A stretch of 62,104 nt of DNA, the filler included, from Dugesia japonica (Eukaryota), in NCBI GenBank assembly GCA_001938525.1. It is 5 parts of 5 records of this genome, joined end to end, with 100 filler letters (N's around TTAATTAATTAA, not from the genome) between each part and the next. Parts side by side here need not be neighbours in the genome. Positions count along the whole stretch, not along the records: positions 52,492 to 62,104 come from MQRL01619175.1; 4 more parts are not named here. One strand, given 5' to 3'. The notes below the pieces were generated by a model that searched no databases, was not told the origin of the DNA, and worked only from the letters and a program-made list of their open reading frames with translations. The position numbers and the translations under genes were made by a program. Positions within the stretch are counted from its first letter, which is position 1; each line of letters begins with the position of its first letter. This document shows positions 55,011 through 62,104 of the stretch, piece by piece.

Positions 55011-55176
55011 TGGTTAGTAAAAAAATAGAGCATGTACAGATTGTGATTAATGAATTATAAATGTTATATCTTTGTTAATATTGTTAAATATATATTTATC
55101 ATAAATGTCTTGTTTTTATTTTCAAATATTGTATTTGCTAATATAAACGAAAAGTAAACAATACAGTTATTTAATA

Positions 55177-55479
55177 ATGAGAATCGATAAAATTTTCGAT
55201 AATTGGGTTGAACGTGTAGATAATCTTTCTATTAAGTTAATAAATTTTATAATATTTAAAAAATATGACTTAAGTAATGAAGAAATGATTGATACACCCG
55301 AAGAAATTCTCGATAAAAGAGACGATTGTGAAGAAAAACTGAATGATTGTAAAGGATTTGTTGCTGACAACACGGATGTTCAAAACAAAAATCGTGATTT
55401 TTGCAAAGATTGTGCAAAATTTGTGATTTATACTGGAGTTAATTTAAACAATGGTGTTATACGTTTAATAAATGTTTAA
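55177..55479 (+). CDS. Hypothetical protein
   Basis: 100-aa stop-free ORF in very AT-rich DNA; no recognisable family. Confidence 0.2.
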   Translation: MRIDKIFDNWVERVDNLSIKLINFIIFKKYDLSNEEMIDTPEEILDKRDDCEEKLNDCKGFVADNTDVQNKNRDFCKDCAKFVIYTGVNLNNGVIRLINV

Positions 55480-55649
55480 AAAAATTTGGACTTCTTTAAT
55501 CTTGTACAAAATATTTATTACACATGGTTAATGCGCGGTATATGAATGTTATATACATGCATATAGCATGCTATTCGCATGCCATACATATGCTATATTT
55601 ATGCTTTAGCATGTAATGTGCATATAAATTATTTTTCAAAATTACTTCG

Positions 55650-56330
55650 TGAAACACAAAATAAATCGATACTAGTCCTTGAAATAATATAGGCAGTTTT
55701 TAATTTTCTATCCACTAGTGTCTAAACATTCACAGATGTAATGGGAAATTTTGTCTGTACAAGGTTGTGATAATTACCGATTTTAATATTGCTTTATAGA
55801 TTTTATAAATATTATCGAAAATTCGTCTTCCCATTACCTATCCAACGACCCAATCATTTAATAATTACAAATACTATAACAATTTTATAGAAAATGCATA
55901 ATTGGTTCCCAGAAACCGGAATTTTTGACATTTTCAGTAGAATCGAGCTCATAATTACCCTGGCAGTTTTATTGACAGGCATCAAAGCATGAAGAATCTA
56001 TCTACCACAAAGACTATATTTTCCAAGAAGATGCAAATGTCTTGTAATTGTGGTATGGTCATGTTGGAATATTTCTGCCAATTTTCGCCCCGTTAATGTT
56101 GGACCTTCTTCGATTAATTTCAAAGGTTTTTCATCATTCAATTCCTCCGGACACCCTTCACGATTTTCGTCATTCAAATCTTCGTTCTTTTCTTTAAACC
56201 TTCTAAACCCTAGCTTGTGACATCACCATAACCTTTGCAAACATCTGCATGCGAAACTTTCCTGTTTTGCAAGGATTGAAATCATATAGAAGAGATTCAC
56301 GAATTTTGATTTTTCGATCCTTCATATCTA
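55650..56330 (-). mobile_element. mariner transposase relic (N-terminal HTH region)
   Basis: KIR...LLYDF, RRFK...EDLNDENREG.P, LIEEGPTLT.RKLAEIFQHDHTTITRHLHLLGK...*ILHAL (WVPHEL-like). Confidence 0.8.
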
Positions 56331-56409
56331 AATTCAAATTTATATAAAGATTAATATATATCTTTCTATATATAATTTCTATTTATCTATATATAAAAAT
56401 ATCTTTCGA

Positions 56410-57010
56410 TGAAGACATCGTTTTTATAACTACAGATGGCGTTTCAGTGATAAAAAGTAGGAAGAATAGTTAAATGCCACCAGCAATTTTGTTATGCCCA
56501 TGGTATTTTATTGGCGGTTCTAGGCGTATTGTATAGTAAAAAATAGTTTTCAAGAAATACAACAAATTTAGAATTTGAGACTGAAAAAGAAATAAATAGC
56601 GATAGTGATGTAGATTCAGATTTTGAGAAAAATGATGTTGATGGATTTAGGCTTTCTGAAAATTATGGTGATTCTTTGGACTTAAAAGCAGAAATACGTC
56701 CAATTATAATTACGATAAGAAAATTAGTAACTATTTTTTGACGCTCACCGACAAAAAATGATATACCGTAAAATCGTGAGTATAGGCCGTACCTGTAGAT
56801 ACACCACTCGAAAAAATCACAAAGATAGAAATTTGGGAAACATGGACGAGATTCCTGTATGTTTTGGCATGCCGAGTAATCAAACTGTGAATGAAAAGGG
56901 TGCATTGAAATCATTATGTCGTCGTGATGTGAATCTTCTGTTTACAAATGCTACTATTGTAATCATGATTAATAACTTAGGCAGTGAACAATTAAGCGGT
57001 GAATTTAAAA
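56410..57010 (+). mobile_element. hAT transposase relic interrupted by a pogo fragment
   Basis: ITTDGVSV, C.AHG-like motif, IRKLVTIF*RSPTKND and LCRRDVNLL (hAT); internal LGNMDEIPVCFGMPSNQTVNEKG (pogo DDE_1). Confidence 0.75.
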
Positions 57011-57089
57011 TTTATTTAGATAAACTTGATAGCGAGTTGAAAATTGATGATGAAGAAAAAATAGGAATTTAATAATAGTACCATTGACT

Positions 57090-57615
57090 ATAATCAATGA
57101 AATTATCAGACATGTTCATGAAGAATTATGCCATTTAAAATAAAGAAGATATTTTGATATTTAAAAAATAATCATTACTAACCTGCAATGATGGAGAATA
57201 TTAAAAATAATTTGAATGAATGCGTGATTTGTGCAAAAATGAACATTGGTCAAGGAAGAACGAAAGAAATAATATTACCTAGAAAGTGTCAAAAATTTTT
57301 TAGAACAAATTGTGGTAGATATTGCATATAAGGAAACAGTCGCATCAGAAAGAAAGTTTTTGGTGATTATTATGAATCATTTTATGTAGTACATCAGCGA
57401 TATCAAAAAGAAAAAAAAATTTCGGAAAATTTTGAACAAATGGATATTGTGTTTTGGCCAGCCAAAGAGCATATTAACCGACAGAAGAAGAGTGCTTTTG
57501 AGAGCGTAAATTCTTGTCAGAGAAGTTAGCAGAGTTTAATATTAAACAAGAGTTCAGTTCTATGTACCACCATCAATCCTATGTGTTAGTAAAAAACATA
57601 ATTCGGACCATAAGA
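57090..57615 (+). mobile_element. Gypsy integrase relic
   Basis: HVHEELCH...ECVICAK zinc-binding domain, EQIVVDI, FGQPKSILTD, YHHQS. Confidence 0.8.
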
Positions 57616-57622
57616 TATAGGT

Positions 57623-57831
57623 ATATGTGAAACAACCCTAAATTACCAAGGGTTTTTTGGCGATTTCACCAAGGGTTCTAAATTTAATATTAGCCATGTG
57701 AATATGTGAAACAACCCCAAATTACCAAGGGTTCTAAATTTAATATTAACCATGTAAAATGTGAATATGTGAAACAACCCCAAATTACCAAGGGTTCTAA
57801 ATTTAATATTAACCATGTAAATGTGAATATG
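57623..57831. repeat. ~62-bp tandem repeats at the left border of the lineage-B element
   Basis: ATGTGAATATGTGAAACAACCCCAAATTACCAAGGGTTCTAAATTTAATATTAACCATGTAAA x2 plus partial copies. Confidence 0.9.
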
Positions 57832-57917
57832 CAATGCAAACAAGAAAAAATGTGAAATAAGAAGTGTGGAATGGAAACAAAAATGTCTACTAAATGGCTA
57901 TTAAATGGTTATAGAAA

Positions 57918-58433
57918 ATGGCACTTGTTTATGAAAAAGACACATGTGAAAATGTTGAAAAAAGTATTAAATGTGCAAATGAGTTTGATCCTAAATTATT
58001 TATTAAATCTGAAAATATTTGTCTAATGTCAAAATATAAAGAAATTAAAATGAAAGATCCAAATGTGAAAGATAAAACTATAGCTCAAGATCTTGGTGTT
58101 ACATCTAACATGATAAATAAAGCATTAAGAAATTTAAATATAAAACCTGAAAGAAAAAGATANNNNNNNNNNNNNNNNNNNNNNNNNNNNNNNNNNNNNN
58201 NNNNNNNNNNNNNNNNNNNNNNNNNNNNNNNNNNNNNNNNNNNNNNNNNNNNATTTGAATTAATACCTTTACCTGAAATTAAAAAAACATTAACAGAGAA
58301 AAGAAACATGTTTAATTCTGAAAAAGGAAATAAAAGAACAAGAGTAACTAATGCAACTGTCGCAGGTAAAATTAATAATGAAGATGAAAGTGAGATAGAA
58401 AAAGCATTAAATGGTTATAAATTAACTATATAA
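57918..58433 (+). CDS. HTH-type DNA-binding protein of the Polinton-like element
   Basis: KDKTIAQDLGVTSNMINKALRNL helix-turn-helix pattern; the ORF spans an N gap. Confidence 0.6.
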   Translation: MALVYEKDTCENVEKSIKCANEFDPKLFIKSENICLMSKYKEIKMKDPNVKDKTIAQDLGVTSNMINKALRNLNIKPERKRXXXXXXXXXXXXXXXXXXXXXXXXXXXXXXXFELIPLPEIKKTLTEKRNMFNSEKGNKRTRVTNATVAGKINNEDESEIEKALNGYKLTI

Positions 58434-58434
58434 A

Positions 58435-58791
58435 ATGGATTGGTTATTAGAAGATATTAAAAAAGATAAAACGTTTAGAAGTAATTTAACTGAAGATTAT
58501 GCTATTGTTAAAAATTCTACTGTAAAAGAAAAAGATGTTTTAATAAAAAATATTTATCCACAATATAAATTATTACAAGAAGCAGTTAATATAGCTGGTG
58601 ATACAATTTTTAATTTACAAATGGAAAATGATGTTTTACAATCTGAGGTAGAAAAATCAAATGAATATAATCAAGAAAAAATTGATAAATTAATTACAAT
58701 TAAAAAAAGTGAACAGGATGAAAATAAAAATAAAATAATAATAGCTGCATTACGTAAATCGTTGAATAAATCTAAAAAAATACTTGAATAA
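58435..58791 (+). CDS. Coiled-coil hypothetical viral protein
   Basis: 118-aa ORF abutting its neighbours (TAAAATG junctions), heptad-like E/K/N/L-rich. Confidence 0.65.
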   Translation: MDWLLEDIKKDKTFRSNLTEDYAIVKNSTVKEKDVLIKNIYPQYKLLQEAVNIAGDTIFNLQMENDVLQSEVEKSNEYNQEKIDKLITIKKSEQDENKNKIIIAALRKSLNKSKKILE

Positions 58792-58947
58792 ATGACTATT
58801 GAGATAAAAACAAAAGATTTAATAAGTTTTATAAATAACACAACAAAATTAAATGCAAAAATTATAAGTCAAAATACTATAATTGACTTTTTACTTTTTA
58901 TTTCACTAATAATTTTAATTTTTATCTTTATAAAATGGGCACTATAG
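58792..58947 (+). CDS. 51-aa single-pass membrane peptide
   Basis: MTIEIKTKDLISFINNTTKLNAKIISQNTIIDFLLFISLIILIFIFIKWAL*; starts at TAA-ATG and overlaps the MCP start. Confidence 0.6.
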   Translation: MTIEIKTKDLISFINNTTKLNAKIISQNTIIDFLLFISLIILIFIFIKWAL

Positions 58948-60262
58948 ATTTAGATTACAACGTTGAATTTTCACATACAGCAATTAAAAATGATATACTT
59001 AAAATTTCTCCATCATCAGGTTCAATAAACAATTTAAATGCAAATGGGGATATTGTATTTCAAAGTCTACAATCTACGAATCCATTAGACATTTGCAATT
59101 CATTATTATACTTCAGAATTGAGATTACGGCAGATCCAACAAAAATAACCCTAGAAAATAATTTCTTTCCAAGTTTATTTAAATTAATGAGATTAACACT
59201 TGGATCTACTCATATAGAAACAATAAACGATCCAGGTGTAATTTCAACAATGTTAAATTTTATATCTACCACTGAAACCTATAAAAAAGAATACGGACAA
59301 TTATCAGGTTGGATACCAGATACGAAGGTGACACAAAGAATGAAAGTTGTGTTGTTAGAAAGAAACTTTATAAATCACGAAAATTTGAAGGTTATTTTCA
59401 ATTAAGAAATTTATTTGGATTCATGCAAAATTATAATCGACTTTTATATAATACAATGATAGAATTTACATGCAACCGTCAAATAGAAGATAAATTAATA
59501 TTCTACGGCGATAAAGATACAACAGCAACATTAAAAATAAAAACACTTGAACTTCACATTCCAGAAGTAAGATTATTACCAAGAAATGAATTAATTCTTC
59601 TAGAAAGAATAGCAACAAATAAACCAATTAAAGTTACATTTTTAAATNNNNNNNNNNNNNNNNNNNNNNNNNNNNNNNNNNNNNNNNNNNNNNNNNNNNN
59701 NNNNNNNNNNNNNNNNNNNNNNNNNNNNNNNNNNATTTGCATAAAAGATTCAGAAATATCTTATCAAAAGAATAATAATTTATTTATACAAGGATCATAT
59801 AAAACTATTACAAAAACTGTTAAAGAAACAGATACAACTAAAACACCACCAGTTGAAAAAGATGTTGTAAAAGAAGAAAAAGTATATTCATGTTTAAAAG
59901 GAATACAACTTCAATTAAATAATACTTATTATCCAATCAATGAATGTAAATTTGATATGAAAGAAAATGAAATGGCTTATCCATACATGCAATATATAAA
60001 ATGTTGTAATGAATTTTTAACAGAACCACAATTATCATTAATGGATTTTAAAAAATTATATCCATTGTTCTGTTTTGATACATCTGCACATGATGATAAG
60101 ATGAATATTAATAATGTTGATGTAACACTTCATATTACAAAAGATTCAGATTTTCGCGGAACTCTTTACTGGTGTATTCTAGAAGAAAAACATGTTGAAA
60201 TGAAACTTGCCAATAATAAAATTGTTTTAGTAGAAAATGTAAGAGGTATTGATATAAAATAA
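58935..60262 (+). pseudogene. Major capsid protein (double jelly-roll, adintovirus hexon-like), one frameshift near 59325
   Basis: LNANGDIVF...LENNFFPSLF..MRL.LG...IETI..PG..ST; LRNLFGFMQNYNRLL; QLQLNNTYYP; FKKLYPLFCFDTS. Confidence 0.85.
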
Positions 60263-60271
60263 ATATAGGAA

Positions 60272-61639
60272 ATGAACGAAGTCCATAAAGGAGAAAAAAT
60301 GACTAAATTCATATGTGACAATTGTAGTAAAGTATTATTAAAAAAGAATAAGTCAAGACATTTAAATTTATGTATTAATATCAAAAACCACAAGGGCAAC
60401 AAAGGTGGAGATTTACAAAATTCAAGTGTTATATCTAAAATTTTAAAACCAATTACAACAGAAAAATATCCTGGAGAACGTCATTTATTTAAACATAATT
60501 ATACTGGTCCTGGAACTAGATTAGATATCCGATTAGATTCCGAAGGTAACCCAAAACCAGGTGAAGAACCAATTAATAGAGTTGATGAATCTGCATTAAA
60601 ACATGACATTGCGTATAATTCTGAAGATCTACGCGATCGTCATATAGCCGATATTAACCTAATACATGATCTTAATAATATTCCAAATCCAACAACAACA
60701 GAAAAATTTCAAAGAGCTCTTGTAAAATTAGCTATGAAAGGTAAAATAATAATTGGTCAGGGAACGAGCGAAGTGAGCCATAAAGGCAGAAGAAAAGATC
60801 CATATAAAAAAAGCAGGGTAATTAAAGATGAATCTGACTCCGAACATGATCCCAGTGAAATTAAAAGTAAAGAACTTCACAAAGATATAAAAAAACCTAA
60901 ATATTTTAGAAAAGTCATTGTTTATTATAAAGATGAAATTTGGTCCGCTGATTTAATATTTCACGGAACTGAAAAAAAAGGTAAACATGTAATATTAACA
61001 GTAATAGATCTCTTTACAAGATTTGCATTTGTTAAATTAACAGATGGAAAAACCGGTCCTAAAATTACAGAAGCATTTAAAAGTATATTAACTGATAGTA
61101 AAAGAACACCAGAAAAATTATGGGTTGATGAAGGTAAAGAATTTTATAATAAAGATTTTAAATCTTACTGTAAAGAAAAAAATATTGAAATCTATTCTAC
61201 TGAAAATCAAAGTAAAGCTGTTGTAATCGAAAGATTCAACCGTAGTTTTAAAAACAGGCTTTTTAAACATTTTACTGCCGTTGAAAATCAAGATATCACA
61301 CAAGAATTATTAGATAAAATTGTTAAAGAATATAATAACACAGTACATTCTACTATTAACATTTCACCTCAAGAAGCAACAAATAATCCTAATGATGTAG
61401 AAACTGCCATGTTAAAACCTCACAAGGAAAATGTAAAATTTAGAATTGGTGAACGTGTAAGAATAACTAAAATTGGAAAAACATTTTCTAAAGGTTATAC
61501 ATTTAAATGGTCTAAAAGAATTTATATCATATCAAAAATATATCACTAGCAACCTATAACATATCAAATCTCAAATCTTAACGGCAACATAATACTTGGT
61601 AGATTCTATCCAAATGAACTTCAAAAAACTATATTTTAA
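60272..61639 (+). CDS. C2HC zinc finger - parvovirus-type phospholipase A2 - rve integrase fusion (premature TAG at 61547; reading frame continues to 61639)
   Basis: CDNC...RHLNLC; HNYTGPGT...PINRVDESALKHDIAY...RHIAD; WSADL / VIDLFTRFAF / WVDEGKEF / IERFNRS; post-stop QPITYQ...GRFYPNELQKT. Confidence 0.92.
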
Positions 61640-61649
61640 ATTTAGAAAA

Positions 61650-62104
61650 ATGTTTGTTACAAATTCGCAGAAAAGCAGTGTTACAAATTCTCAACAACCA
61701 ACACAACCACAAGGGCAACAAGGACAAAAAAGCAAAATCGCAGAAAGCAGTGTTTCAGATTCGCAACAACCACAAGGGCAACAAAAAAGCAGTGTTTATA
61801 TTTGGAATAATAACATTACAAAATTTAATAATAAAATCCTTCCAAATAATTTTAGATTATTAATAATTGGATCTTCAGGTTCAGGTAAAAATGTATTACT
61901 TATGAAAATGCTACTGACACCTGAATTCTTAGATTATGACAATTTAATTATCTACTCAACAACAATTAATCAATTTGAAATTCAATTGTTATATCTTGGA
62001 TTAGAAAGTGGTCTTTCAAAAGAAGAAATTAGTTTAATATTTCAAAAGCAAAATATAATCCCTAAACATTTAAATACTCCAAATGAAGTTATTAAATTTT
62101 TCAT
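61650..62104 (+). CDS. FtsK/HerA (A32-like) packaging ATPase, 5' part
   Basis: Frame open from ATG 61650 to the window end: Q/S-rich repeats, then ILPNNFRLLIIGSSGSGKNVLLMKMLL..EFLDYDNLIIYSTT (Walker A). Confidence 0.88.
   Translation, partial: MFVTNSQKSSVTNSQQPTQPQGQQGQKSKIAESSVSDSQQPQGQQKSSVYIWNNNITKFNNKILPNNFRLLIIGSSGSGKNVLLMKMLLTPEFLDYDNLIIYSTTINQFEIQLLYLGLESGLSKEEISLIFQKQNIIPKHLNTPNEVIKFF

Larger units (their letters stand above)
57623..62104 (+). mobile_element. Lineage-B Polinton/adintovirus-like endogenous virus, young (few lesions), runs off the window
   Basis: Tightly packed co-oriented ORFs: HTH, coiled-coil, TM peptide, MCP, ZnF-PLA2-integrase, ATPase. Confidence 0.92.

Noticed and set aside
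57623-57831. CRISPR-like array
   Set aside because: Whole units are repeated with no unique spacers, there are no cas genes, and the context is eukaryotic
61654-61863. 69-aa track ORF
   Set aside because: Shadow frame; the real ATPase frame starts at 61650 and runs off the window

Overview
Very AT-rich eukaryotic (probably animal/invertebrate; planarian-like is only a guess) draft-assembly DNA, made up almost entirely of nested, decayed mobile elements. Four 100-bp artificial spacers (N44-TTAATTAATTAA-N44) split it into five blocks whose adjacency is unproven. Contents: relics of two different Polinton/Maverick (adintovirus-like) lineages, an RLE-type (NeSL/Utopia-like) non-LTR element, Penelope-like elements, several Gypsy relics, hAT/mariner/Tc1/pogo fragments and MITEs. 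One Maverick lineage has an F54H12.2-type capsid (2.9-7.6 kb, 14.1-15.6 kb; a pPolB C-half at 54.3-55.0 kb may belong to it). The other is a nearly intact gene cassette at 57.9-62.1 kb with a deleted sister copy at 41.8-43.1 kb. Most notable: (1) a single ORF fusing a Zn finger, a parvovirus-VP1u-type phospholipase A2 and a retroviral-type integrase, with putative adenain-like cleavage sites between the modules; (2) two families of minimal type I hammerhead ribozymes in dispersed repeats, one directly tied to a Penelope 3' end; (3) a 3.4-kb TG...CA insertion with a 4-bp TSD that looks like a giant solo LTR carrying an antisense, probably spliced cargo gene, inserted in a long-TIR element. All protein assignments come from motif recognition by eye; no database search was run.
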